From Candidatus Iainarchaeum sp. (lineage in GTDB: Archaea > B1Sed10-29 > WALL01 > JAGHAM01), in contig JAGHAM010000003.1 of assembly GCA_021161465.1 (NCBI GenBank), positions 2,631 to 66,630 of the forward strand: 64,000 nucleotides of DNA, in the 5' to 3' direction. This document shows positions 26,960 to 36,607 of this stretch, one piece after another; position 1 is the first letter of the stretch, and each line of letters starts with the position of its first letter. Under the pieces are notes generated by a model. The model worked only from the letters and a program-made list of their open reading frames with translations. It was not told where the DNA came from and did no database searches. A program made the position numbers and the translations under genes.

Positions 26960-28927
26960 CTATCTAGCTTTCAAAGTGAAGGCTACAAGGTCCTCCTTTT
27001 CCAGAAGGTCATATATGGTGTCTATTGGCTTTTCCCATTCAGGAAGAATGAGCTTGGCCGCGCCGTTGCAGTATTGCTGCAGTTTTATCTCAGTGTCAAT
27101 CCATTTTTCAGTGTCTGGGTAGTTGTGGGTGAAACCATTTGCTGGATAAACCTCCTTAACTCCAAATCTGCTCTCATTCATCTTCCTGAACCTCTCTGAT
27201 GCCCGCCTTGCCTCTAGACAACCAAACAACAGGAATACATCACCGGCCTCATTGAAGCTTTCAAGTTTCCTGTTTACGTAGGCTAACACTTTGTCTGCAA
27301 AAGCGAACGCGTCTGGGCTCTTGTTTATCTCTCTACCAGTGTACTCCTTGACGGCGTTGTCCAGCCCTATGACATTGACAACAGTTGGCGCGTTTTCAAG
27401 CGAGTAATACTCCTCCGCGCCAAAGCTTTGTGTCAGGAAGGAGAGTATCTTATCCTTGTGGAGCCTTGTTTCGATTATTTTCTTCTTGGTTTCATGTGTT
27501 TTCCTGCCAGCCTCAAGGGCAGTATCCAGCTGGTTGAAGAATTGTGGGTCTTCTTTGCTAGTCATTGCTATCTTTGGAAGGTTTATTGAAATCTCCTGCA
27601 GAACACCACTCCTTATTGTAGTGAACCATTTTTTGTCTTTTCCCGGCATCAGCTGGTTCGGGAAAATCATATTAAGATTCTGTCCAAACCTTTTGTTCCT
27701 CAAATTCAGGAACGTCAGGTCGTTCTTCTGTAGGAATCTTTTTATTGGCTCTTCAAGTGCGTGGGGTATTGGGCCATCCCTAATTTTTAGAACAACCCGT
27801 GGTATATGGAAAGGCTTGCCATGCATGTCCCCCTCAGCCATCACTTCCAGGAACAAGCTTAAGAACCGTATGCTCTCCCTTTCATAGTCATAATATGTAT
27901 CCTGTCCTGTTATGCCTTTTGGCAGTATTGCTTTTTCTTTTTTAAGGAAAGCCGGCGTTTCAAGCTCAAAGTTTAGGGTAGGCCTGGCAAGGACGCCTTT
28001 TGCAGCATATATCTGGTTAAGCTCGTAAAGGAATGTCTGCATGATTTGTTTCACGCCGGCTTCATCCTCGTTTATGATATATGGTGAGAGAAAGCTGTTG
28101 AAGAAGTCGAATCCCTGGCCACCCGATAGATGGGTTTCACCGGTGATTAAAACGCGCAATGCGTGGCTCATCGCTACACCGGGCTTCTTTGCTGGTTTGG
28201 ATGCTATGCTTACCTCACGGTTTCCATCAGGGACAAAACCATTCTTAAGGAACCACCGCATGTCATTCTGCAGGCTGGTTGGCCTTGTTGCAAAGCAGGA
28301 TAAATCATGTATGTGGATGAGTCCAACTAAATGATATTTTGAGACTTCCTGGGGGAGAAGTTTAACCAGCGCGTACTCTTCAGCTATTGAGTCACCAAAC
28401 TTCTGGTGAAGCACTTCAGGGTTTGATGGATTCTCCCTTATCACTCTAGCAACATCATATATCGGTAAGCCCAAACGTGTATACTCTTTCTTTGCCTGCA
28501 TGTATTTTCGCTCTAACAGCTTTGAGTTCACCATCTCTCTTATCAATGGAGCTGAGATATGCCTGAGTTCAAGTCTCCGTATATCAGACTCAACTTCACC
28601 AGCTATCTCCTCGCAAACACTTTTTGCCAATGTTGTTTCCCTTAACAGGCTCTCAACAATTTTCTCCTTGCTGAAGGATGTCAAAATTCCCTCAGATGTT
28701 CTAACGTAAACCCGGTGGTAGTTCTCAAACTTGTTTGCAGATTCCTCATCCCTTTCTCTTAGCTTCTGTATTATAAGGTCGTTTATTTCCTCTTCTGACA
28801 TAGCTGGGGTAACTTGGTCTTGTAGGCCAAGCGCCACCTCGGTTGCGAGCCAGAAACTCACGCCGGCCTTGGTGCACTTGTCCTGAATCACTTTTGGGTT
28901 GAACTTTTGAGCAGGAGTAGAAGCCAT
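26960..28927 (-). CDS. Degenerate class III RNR (NrdD-like) with ATP-cone domains, lacking Zn ribbon and glycyl-radical loop
   Basis: VRTSEG..FSKEKI..SL.RET, SAPLIREMVN.KL, YTRLGLP.YDV, IHIHDL, KPAK, SINLPKIA; no C-terminal RxxGY. Confidence 0.8.
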   Translation of the reverse strand: MASTPAQKFNPKVIQDKCTKAGVSFWLATEVALGLQDQVTPAMSEEEINDLIIQKLRERDEESANKFENYHRVYVRTSEGILTSFSKEKIVESLLRETTLAKSVCEEIAGEVESDIRRLELRHISAPLIREMVNSKLLERKYMQAKKEYTRLGLPIYDVARVIRENPSNPEVLHQKFGDSIAEEYALVKLLPQEVSKYHLVGLIHIHDLSCFATRPTSLQNDMRWFLKNGFVPDGNREVSIASKPAKKPGVAMSHALRVLITGETHLSGGQGFDFFNSFLSPYIINEDEAGVKQIMQTFLYELNQIYAAKGVLARPTLNFELETPAFLKKEKAILPKGITGQDTYYDYERESIRFLSLFLEVMAEGDMHGKPFHIPRVVLKIRDGPIPHALEEPIKRFLQKNDLTFLNLRNKRFGQNLNMIFPNQLMPGKDKKWFTTIRSGVLQEISINLPKIAMTSKEDPQFFNQLDTALEAGRKTHETKKKIIETRLHKDKILSFLTQSFGAEEYYSLENAPTVVNVIGLDNAVKEYTGREINKSPDAFAFADKVLAYVNRKLESFNEAGDVFLLFGCLEARRASERFRKMNESRFGVKEVYPANGFTHNYPDTEKWIDTEIKLQQYCNGAAKLILPEWEKPIDTIYDLLEKEDLVAFTLKAR

Positions 28928-29003
28928 GATGATTTTTTATAGTTGAAAGTTTATAATCATAACAGCAAGAGCCTCTCTGGTTCGGATGTTTAACCGTGGT
29001 TTC

Positions 29004-29438
29004 ATGGAACTAGATGAAATAGATTTGAAGATACTTGACCTGCTTTCAAAGAATTCAAGGATGTCATACTCAGACCTAGCTAGGCATTTCGGCTTTTCGG
29101 ATGTTGCCATAAGAAAGAGGATAGACAAGCTGGTCGAGAGTAAGGTCATAAAGCGGTTCACGACCGAGGTAGACCACAAGAAGCTCGGGAAAAATGTGTC
29201 TGCATTTATCTTCTTTAAAACGCGCTCTGATAAGACTCAGGAGATAGCACAGCAACTCCTGCAGCTGGATGGAATCAGCGAAGTATTTATATCCCTTGGG
29301 GTTTACGATATAATTGCAAGAGCGTATTGCGGGGATGTTGCCGAGCTGAAAGACCTTACAGAACGAAAGCTGAACGAAATTAATGGCATTCTTGAAGTCA
29401 GGCCTTCGATAGTATTCAGCGAGTTGAGGGGTGCTTAG
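29004..29438 (+). CDS. Lrp/AsnC family transcriptional regulator
   Basis: LDEIDLKIL..L..NSR.SYSDLA..RKRI.KL...VIKRFT; GVYDII. Confidence 0.93.
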   Translation: MELDEIDLKILDLLSKNSRMSYSDLARHFGFSDVAIRKRIDKLVESKVIKRFTTEVDHKKLGKNVSAFIFFKTRSDKTQEIAQQLLQLDGISEVFISLGVYDIIARAYCGDVAELKDLTERKLNEINGILEVRPSIVFSELRGA

Positions 29439-29788
29439 TGGAAGTTAAGGTGGCTGTTACATTGAACCCAACTGAGAGTAGGGATAAAGTTTCTAAAGCA
29501 GTGGAAATGCTTTTCCCTGGTGTTAAGTTGAGTGGTGATGAACTGTTGGAGGGGGAAATACAGGACATAACCCGGTTCCGTGAGTTGTTAGCCCAGCGTA
29601 AAGTCAGGAACACCTTCGAGTCAATACTGGCTAAGAACTACTGTGCTGGCTCGACTTACCTGCTTTTGAACAAGCAGGCAGCTTTCATGGGGAAACCAAA
29701 TGTATTTGCAGGCCAGGAGCTCGGGCCGATAAAGCTTGAAATAAGCTGCAAAGAGGGTGAAATTCATAAGATAATATGGGGAATCTAG
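29438..29788 (+). CDS. UPF0201 family putative RNA-binding protein
   Basis: LNPTES.DKV.KAV..LFP, LNKQAAFMG, LGPI. Confidence 0.8.
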   Translation: MEVKVAVTLNPTESRDKVSKAVEMLFPGVKLSGDELLEGEIQDITRFRELLAQRKVRNTFESILAKNYCAGSTYLLLNKQAAFMGKPNVFAGQELGPIKLEISCKEGEIHKIIWGI

Positions 29789-30580
29789 ATGAAAGTTAGT
29801 CTTTTATTGGTTATGTTGTTGATGTTCTCAGGCGCGTATGGTTTGATTAGGCTAGTCAGCCCCGTTGATGTTGCTTTTGAGTCACTAAATGGCACATACA
29901 TATCTCCAGTTGGTCCCGGTAACGAAATCGCACTGAAGTTTAAGAGGGAAACCAGTGAGGGAATCTACTGGGATGAATTGAAGTTGTTGAATAAAATAGA
30001 GCCAGGCTGGAAAGTTTCAACAAGCTCTGATGACAAATACATATACTACAATATAACAGTCCCAGCTGGTGCAAAGTCTGGCGAATACCCATTCAGGCTT
30101 ATGATTGTGGATTATGAAGGCCTGATGCGGTCAGAGGAGGCGGTGGTCAAGCTGTTTGTTACCAATGACCCATCCAAGCTGGTTGAAGTAAAGCCTTTCA
30201 GCCAAAAGCCTGCGGTCTTTGCCGATGAGGATGGGACAGTAACACTTGAGATAACAAACAAAGCCCTGTCAGTTGCCCCCTACAAAGTGGTATGGTCTAT
30301 TGATGGCATGCCTTTCCTTGAGAGGACAAAGACAGTAAAAGTTTGGCCAAATGAAACCGTTGACGTGCCATTGGCGTTTAAAATACCGACAGAGGGGAAG
30401 TACACACTGAGGGCTCTTGTGCTCAGCCCAGGGAACTTGAAGATACACGAATCAGAGAGAACTACTGTTTTTGTTAAGCCAACAATAACTTCAAAGTTAA
30501 GGAGTATCGGGCAAGGGTTCCCGTTCATCCCTATGACAATGGCGCCGTTCTATGCTGTGCTTGGCTTATTTAGTTTTTAG
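29789..30580 (+). CDS. Secreted/membrane-associated beta-rich (Ig-like) protein
   Basis: Signal peptide, beta-strand pattern, hydrophobic C-terminus. Confidence 0.65.
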   Translation: MKVSLLLVMLLMFSGAYGLIRLVSPVDVAFESLNGTYISPVGPGNEIALKFKRETSEGIYWDELKLLNKIEPGWKVSTSSDDKYIYYNITVPAGAKSGEYPFRLMIVDYEGLMRSEEAVVKLFVTNDPSKLVEVKPFSQKPAVFADEDGTVTLEITNKALSVAPYKVVWSIDGMPFLERTKTVKVWPNETVDVPLAFKIPTEGKYTLRALVLSPGNLKIHESERTTVFVKPTITSKLRSIGQGFPFIPMTMAPFYAVLGLFSF

Positions 30581-30589
30581 GAGAGGCTG

Positions 30590-32137
30590 ATGGTTTTTGA
30601 AGAGCTTAAGAGAGAGATTTTATCCGGTAAGATACGGACTCGTGCCCAGCTTGAAAGGAGAAAGAAGCAGCTGTGCAAAGAGTATGGCATCAAGAGAGTG
30701 CCTCAGAGTGCGGAGATACTCGAAAAGATAGGGGTTAAAAGTGACTTACTCTTGACGAAGCCATCCAGGAGCCTTTCTGGTGTGAGCGTCATAGCCATAA
30801 TGACAAAGCCACAGCCATGCCCAGGAGAATGTATATACTGCCCAAAAGGCGATGCAGCGCAGTCATATACTGGGATGGAACCAGCCGCTCTAAGAGCTAG
30901 GAGGGCTAAATTCAGCGCATTTAAGCAGACACAGGACAGGCTTAAGCAGCTGGATAAAATCGGCCACCCAACAAGCAAGATAGAGCTTATCATCATGGGT
31001 GGGACTTTTACTGCCATGCCAAAAAACTATCAGGAGAACTTTGTCTTGAATGCGTTTAATGCTTTAAATGGGAAGGAGTCCAACACAATAGCAGAAGCGC
31101 ACAAGCTTAACGAACAAGCAGACCATAGGTGCATTGGGCTTACATTTGAGGTCAGGCCAGACTACTCCAAGGAGGGCGAGATAAACTCGATGCTTTCCTT
31201 TGGTGCTACCCGGGTTGAGCTTGGTGTCCAGACAATCTACAACGACATATACAGAAAGATAAAGCGTGGCCACACAGTGGAGGATGTTGTTGAGGCAACA
31301 CAGTTGTTGAAAGATAGCTTCCTGAAGGTTGGCTACCACATAATGCCAGGGTTGCCTTTCTCCTCGAAAGAGAAAGACCTCAAGGTGTTCCAGACCATCT
31401 TCTCAGACGATAAGTTCAAGCCGGATATGCTTAAGGTATATCCATGTCTCCTGGCAAAAAAAGAATTCTACGATGAAAAAAGGCGTAAGGAGATATTTGG
31501 CCTTTATGAGAGTGGGGATTGGAAGCCCTTATCCAATGATGAGGCAGTTGAGCTGCTGGCTGATGCTGAGAGGTATTTCCCAAAATGGGTTAGGGTTATG
31601 CGCATACAGAGGGATATCCCAAAACCTTACATAGAGGCTGGGGTGACTGCAGGGAACCTCCGTGAGCTGGTGCATAGGCGCGCCAAGGAGCTTGGCATTC
31701 GTTGTAAATGCATCCGCTGCAGGGAGATAAAAGATAAAAAGCCTGAAAAGGTGAAGCTCCTGCGTGAGGATTATGAAGCTTCGGGGGGAACTGAGATTTT
31801 CCTTAGCTTTGAGGATGTGAAGAATGACTGGCTTGTAGCGCTGCTTCGGCTTAGAGTTCCTTACAAGCCATTCAGGCCCGAGATAACTGAGGGCACCCTT
31901 GGTGTGCGGGAGTTGCACGTATATGGGCCTGAGGTTGCCCTAGGGGAAGAGGCAGAGGAGAGTCAGCAGCATAAGGGTTATGGCAAGTGGCTGTTGGACG
32001 AGGCCGAGAGAATTGCGCGGGAGGAATTCAACGCGAAAAAGCTCTTGGTGATGAGCGGCATTGGCGCGAGAGAGTATTACAGGCATTTAGGTTATGTGCT
32101 TGAGGGAGCGTATATGGGTAAGGACCTCAAGGATTAA
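30590..32137 (+). CDS. elp3: Elp3 radical SAM/GNAT tRNA U34 modification enzyme
   Basis: CPGECIYCP, QSYTGMEPA, RVELGVQ, RIQRDIP, RELHVYG, QHKGYG. Confidence 0.96.
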   Translation: MVFEELKREILSGKIRTRAQLERRKKQLCKEYGIKRVPQSAEILEKIGVKSDLLLTKPSRSLSGVSVIAIMTKPQPCPGECIYCPKGDAAQSYTGMEPAALRARRAKFSAFKQTQDRLKQLDKIGHPTSKIELIIMGGTFTAMPKNYQENFVLNAFNALNGKESNTIAEAHKLNEQADHRCIGLTFEVRPDYSKEGEINSMLSFGATRVELGVQTIYNDIYRKIKRGHTVEDVVEATQLLKDSFLKVGYHIMPGLPFSSKEKDLKVFQTIFSDDKFKPDMLKVYPCLLAKKEFYDEKRRKEIFGLYESGDWKPLSNDEAVELLADAERYFPKWVRVMRIQRDIPKPYIEAGVTAGNLRELVHRRAKELGIRCKCIRCREIKDKKPEKVKLLREDYEASGGTEIFLSFEDVKNDWLVALLRLRVPYKPFRPEITEGTLGVRELHVYGPEVALGEEAEESQQHKGYGKWLLDEAERIAREEFNAKKLLVMSGIGAREYYRHLGYVLEGAYMGKDLKD

Positions 32138-32214
32138 TGCGCCATCACTGCTGTAAGCTGATAATGACAGTTAAAAGCGATAATGCTTTAAATTCTAGTA
32201 TCCCCTAATATAGC

Positions 32215-32409
32215 ATGCCTCTACAGAAATCACAGCTGGATACCATAGAAATTTACCTGAGGACGATGGTTTCTAAGGAAAAGGCAGCTGATTTGATGAA
32301 GAAGGTTATAGACCTGGATGAAGAAAAAGCTGAAGAAATGATAGTGTTCTTTGAGAAAAGGGCCAACCCGCGCCTTCAGGATGTCGAGAGATTCCTGAAG
32401 AAGCAGTGA
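32215..32409 (+). CDS. Small hypothetical protein
   Basis: TTTAAA box about 25 nt upstream; helical charged sequence. Confidence 0.55.
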   Translation: MPLQKSQLDTIEIYLRTMVSKEKAADLMKKVIDLDEEKAEEMIVFFEKRANPRLQDVERFLKKQ

Positions 32410-32606
32410 ATTTACTCTAGAACTATGCGTTGTTTACACTTGGCTACCCTCAGCTTTCTTTAGAAATAATTACTCTAAATATTGTTTATACTCTGGGCTA
32501 TAAACAAGATAGCAAGTCCAGAACTGCCAGTCGCGTTAGTATTTAGCAATACATATAAATTATGAAAGTCTAATAGAAACGGGCGCGTAGCATCGGGAGT
32601 GCAACC

Positions 32607-34484
32607 ATGAAGATACTAACAATCCATAGTGATTTCATAGAAGTTGAGCCGAAGAAGAAGGCCATAAAGGATGCAGAAGAAGTTGAAAAAGAGAAGAAGA
32701 GGATAGAGGAGTGCCTCGTTGTTTTCTCTGCGGTTGAGGCAGGTGATGAGGGTAACCAAGAAGAAGTGTCTGAAAAGACCGTTGGGGAGATAGCAAAAGT
32801 TGCCAGTGAAGTGAAAACAAAGCGAATTGTCCTGTACCCCTTTGTGCATCTAACATCGAAACCATCGAAGCCAGCTGTTGCTATAAGCGTGCTTGATGAT
32901 GTAACTAAACTCCTCTCAAAGCAGGGTTTTGAGGTTTATAAGGCTCCTTTCGGGTGGTACAAGGCTTTTAACCTAAAATGCAAGGGCCACCCTCTCGCAG
33001 AGCTGAGCAGGGAGATACGGCTAGGAGATGTGAAGGGGGAAGAATCCAGGGCGCTGAAGGCTGAAAGGAAGCTTAGCTCCCATTGGTTTATTCTTGATAC
33101 TGATGGCAAGATGCATGAGCTGTCTATGAAGGATGGGAAAGTCAGTGGCTACGAATTTGAGGGGAATGCCAAACTGGAGAAACTTGCTGCCTATGAAATG
33201 GCGAAGAGCAGGTTGGTTAAGATGGAGCCGCCGCATGTGCAGATAATGAAGAAGTTAGAGCTTGTTGACTATGAGGAGGGCTCAGACCCAGGAAACCTTC
33301 GTTTCCTCCCAAAAGGGAAGCTAATCAAGTCACTGCTTGAGGATTGGATTTCAGAGAGTATGGGCAACTATGGTGCTATGGAGGTTGAAACACCTATAAT
33401 GTATGATTACGAACATCCAGCGCTTAAAAACTACCTGCAGAGGTTCCCTGCCAGACAGTATGTGGTGCAGTCCCCAAACAAGAGGCTTTTCCTAAGATTC
33501 AGCGCTTGCTTTGGCCAGTTCCTGCTGGCGAAGGATGCCACTATATCTTACAAGGATATGCCTGTAAGGGTTTATGAGCTTGCCAAGAGCTTCAGAGCTG
33601 AGAAAAGGGGTGAGTTGACAGGGCTCAGGAGGTTAAGGGCCTTCACCATGCCAGATTGCCACGCGCTTTGCATAGACTTCAAGCAAGCACGGGAGGAGCT
33701 GTTGAAACGATTCGAGCTTGCGCGGAATATTGAAAGCGGTATCGGATTTGGTGTTCCAGATGATTTTGAGCTTGCCATCCGCGTGGTCAAGAGCTTTTTC
33801 GAGGAAAATGAGGACTATGTTAAGGGTTTGGTTAAGAGATGGGGTAAGCCAGCGTTGATAGAATTATGGGACAAGCAATTCTTCTATTTCGTCATGAAGC
33901 ATGAGTGGAACTTTGTGGATGCCCTCGGCAAGGCCTCCGCGCTTACAACGGACCAAATCGACGTTGAGAATGCTGAGCGCTACGGTCTTTCTTTCGTCAA
34001 TAAGGCAGGCAAGAAGGAGCACCCCCTAATCCTCCACTTCTCCCCCGGAGCAGTTGAAAGAATAATGTATGCCCTTCTGGAGAAAGCACACATGCAGCAG
34101 GAAAAGGGAATAAAGCCTTCACTTCCTGTTTGGCTGTGCCCCACACAGGTTAGGATATGCCCGGTGTCAGAAGGCTATCTAAAGCCGGCTGTCAAGTTGC
34201 TAAAGAAGATTAAAAGTGCAGGTATACGCGTAGACATTGACGACCGTGAGCTGACCATAGGGAAAAAGGTAAGGGACGCTGAGAAGGAATGGATACCCTT
34301 CATACTGGTCTTTGGAGAGAAGGAGAAGAACGGGTCGCTCTCTGTGAGGACAAGAAATGGCAGTCAGGAAAAGTACAGTGTTGAGGGACTGGTGGACAAG
34401 ATAAAACATGAGACTAAGGATATGCCATTCAGGCAATTACCCCTTCCAGAGACGCTGAGTAGAAGGCCTGTTTTTATTGGTTAG
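32607..34484 (+). CDS. thrS: Threonine--tRNA ligase, archaeal type
   Basis: N-terminal editing domain (LYPFVHL, APFGWYK, CKGHPLAELSR), LRRLRAFTMPDCH, ERIMYALLE. Confidence 0.96.
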   Translation: MKILTIHSDFIEVEPKKKAIKDAEEVEKEKKRIEECLVVFSAVEAGDEGNQEEVSEKTVGEIAKVASEVKTKRIVLYPFVHLTSKPSKPAVAISVLDDVTKLLSKQGFEVYKAPFGWYKAFNLKCKGHPLAELSREIRLGDVKGEESRALKAERKLSSHWFILDTDGKMHELSMKDGKVSGYEFEGNAKLEKLAAYEMAKSRLVKMEPPHVQIMKKLELVDYEEGSDPGNLRFLPKGKLIKSLLEDWISESMGNYGAMEVETPIMYDYEHPALKNYLQRFPARQYVVQSPNKRLFLRFSACFGQFLLAKDATISYKDMPVRVYELAKSFRAEKRGELTGLRRLRAFTMPDCHALCIDFKQAREELLKRFELARNIESGIGFGVPDDFELAIRVVKSFFEENEDYVKGLVKRWGKPALIELWDKQFFYFVMKHEWNFVDALGKASALTTDQIDVENAERYGLSFVNKAGKKEHPLILHFSPGAVERIMYALLEKAHMQQEKGIKPSLPVWLCPTQVRICPVSEGYLKPAVKLLKKIKSAGIRVDIDDRELTIGKKVRDAEKEWIPFILVFGEKEKNGSLSVRTRNGSQEKYSVEGLVDKIKHETKDMPFRQLPLPETLSRRPVFIG

Positions 34485-34547
34485 CCTTCCTATGGTTGGG
34501 CATAGGAACTTTTTTAAATAACCTTATCTTATCATTATTTGATTGTT

Positions 34548-36596
34548 ATGGGATATTTGGATGGTCTTCTCCACAGGGCTAAAAAACCTTCACCCGATGA
34601 AAAAGGGGTACCAGCACCAGAAGTTGAACCATCACCGCAGCCATTACCAGAACCAACAGCTGCTGCACCTAAAGTCCCTCCGCCTGTTAGCCAGCCACCA
34701 AAACCCCCAAGACTGGCTAAGCCACAAGCCCTATCACCTATAGGCCCACCACCAAAACCTGCACCAGAGGCCCCCATAGCTCCTCCCACAGTTAAGCTTA
34801 ACGTTGAGAAGGTCGTCCCACCAAAACCAAAAGGCCAACCAGTGCTCTCAGAGAAACCAGCAGGGTTTATAGAGAAAATTGAGGTGCCAAAGGCTGAGGA
34901 GAAGACATTGCCAGCTAAGCAACCCTTACCCCCTGCTAACAAGCCACCAGTGAAGGAGCAAGAGGCAAGGCTTAAAGAATTACCTGAGCCAAAAGCAGCG
35001 CCTGTGCCAGCTCTGGAGAAAGAGCCACCTACACTAGTTCAGAAGGAAGCAGCACCACCCAAACAGCCTGTTGCTACAAAGAAACGAAGAGCGCCAACCC
35101 CGCCACCAAGCTTTAAGCCCGAGGATGTTCCAGAGGAAATAAAACGTGGGATGAAGGGGGACCTGCCCTCCGGCAGAAAACTGCTCGCGGCCTATGGGGT
35201 TTGTGAGATATATGAGCTGCCAGGCCACAAGAGATTATATGCTATTCCAGTTCCAAAGCCACATGGTCCGGAAAGGGAGATAATAAACACTGTAAAGGAA
35301 GCAGCGACTAGGCTCATAACCATATCCCCTGATGAGATAAAGGACCCTGAGAAGCGGTGGTCATTTTTCAAGAAAAGAGTTCTTGAGATTATGGAGTCTT
35401 CACCAGAGCTAGGTATCCCAGCGGCAAAGCTTGATTTCTATGCCGAGACGGTTGTCAGGGAGATGATAGGGTACGGCGCGTTGGATTTGTTGCTCCAAGA
35501 CGACAAGCTTGAAGATATAATGGTTAATGGTCCAGACAAGCCCGCATATGTTTTCCATAGGGATTTTGAGATGCTCCCGACAAACTTAATCTTTGGCAAG
35601 GATGAGGAGATACAAGGGGTAATTGATAGGATTGCCAGAGATGTTGGGAGGAGGATTGACATTAGGGAGCCATTGCTTGATGCAAGGTTGCCAGATGGGT
35701 CCAGAGTGAATGCAACGATACCGCCCATCTCGCTTGCAGGCTCTACAATAACTATAAGGAAGTTTAGGCAGGATCCCTTTACTGTTGTGGATTTGGTGAA
35801 GATGGGAACAATAAGCACAGAGTTGGCAGCATTCTTATGGGTTGCCGTTGAAGGGGCGTCCGCGAAGCCAGCCAACATACTTGTGGCAGGTGGGACAGCT
35901 TCAGGTAAGACCACAACACTGAACGTGTTGGCATCGTTTATACCAAGGAACGAAAGGATAATAACTATCGAGGACACTGCTGAAATACAGTTACCGATGG
36001 AGCATTGGGTCAGGTTTGAAACCAGGCCCCCAGGCATAGAAGGCCAGGGCGAGATAAACATGGATACCCTTTTGAAAAATTCCCTGAGAATGCGTCCAGA
36101 TAGGGTTGTAGTTGGAGAAGTTAGGGGTGGTGAAGCTTTCTCGCTTTTCACAGCCATGAATACAGGACACGATGGTTCCATGGGTACAGTCCACGCAAAC
36201 AATGCACAGGAAACTGTTGTTAGGCTGAAGAGCCCACCAATGAACGTTCCTGAAACGATGCTTTCAGCCCTTGACATAATAATAATACAAAAAAGGATAC
36301 ACGACAGAAGAAAGGGCGTGATAAGGAGAGTTTCCGAAGTTGCCGAATTGTCTGGCGTTCTGGAAGGTGAACCCAAGTTCAATTATCTCTTTGAATGGGA
36401 TGCCGCTACAGATACCATAAAGGCCTCTTATGACACAAGTCAATACTTACATGAGTTAAGCAGATTCACAGGCATGTCACATACCGCCCTGCGGCAGGAG
36501 ATAAGCAGGAGAGAGGAGTTTATAAAGGACATGATAAGGAGAAACGTACGGGGCATAGGTGCTGTCTGTGATGAGGTACATAACCTAGTGGAATAA
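34548..36596 (+). CDS. Type IV pilus assembly ATPase (CpaF/VirB11 family) with Pro-rich N-terminus
   Basis: GGTASGKTT, TIEDTAE, LRMRPDRVVVGEVRG, MNTGHDG..TVHAN. Confidence 0.93.
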   Translation: MGYLDGLLHRAKKPSPDEKGVPAPEVEPSPQPLPEPTAAAPKVPPPVSQPPKPPRLAKPQALSPIGPPPKPAPEAPIAPPTVKLNVEKVVPPKPKGQPVLSEKPAGFIEKIEVPKAEEKTLPAKQPLPPANKPPVKEQEARLKELPEPKAAPVPALEKEPPTLVQKEAAPPKQPVATKKRRAPTPPPSFKPEDVPEEIKRGMKGDLPSGRKLLAAYGVCEIYELPGHKRLYAIPVPKPHGPEREIINTVKEAATRLITISPDEIKDPEKRWSFFKKRVLEIMESSPELGIPAAKLDFYAETVVREMIGYGALDLLLQDDKLEDIMVNGPDKPAYVFHRDFEMLPTNLIFGKDEEIQGVIDRIARDVGRRIDIREPLLDARLPDGSRVNATIPPISLAGSTITIRKFRQDPFTVVDLVKMGTISTELAAFLWVAVEGASAKPANILVAGGTASGKTTTLNVLASFIPRNERIITIEDTAEIQLPMEHWVRFETRPPGIEGQGEINMDTLLKNSLRMRPDRVVVGEVRGGEAFSLFTAMNTGHDGSMGTVHANNAQETVVRLKSPPMNVPETMLSALDIIIIQKRIHDRRKGVIRRVSEVAELSGVLEGEPKFNYLFEWDAATDTIKASYDTSQYLHELSRFTGMSHTALRQEISRREEFIKDMIRRNVRGIGAVCDEVHNLVE

Positions 36597-36607
36597 TGTG
36601 AGTTAAA

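Noticed and set aside
32410-32500. Three TACTCT repeats upstream of thrS
   Set aside because: Short, irregularly spaced and compatible with chance
32581-32606. GGGCGCGTAGC upstream of thrS resembles a tRNA 5' end and contains CGT (a Thr anticodon)
   Set aside because: No D-, anticodon- or T-arm can be folded; too short to support a tRNA or tRNA mimic
35438-36382. 314-aa antisense ORF, plus other long antisense ORFs such as 16237-16926, 5932-6546 and 43399-43989
   Set aside because: Shadow frames of well-supported genes with no motifs of their own
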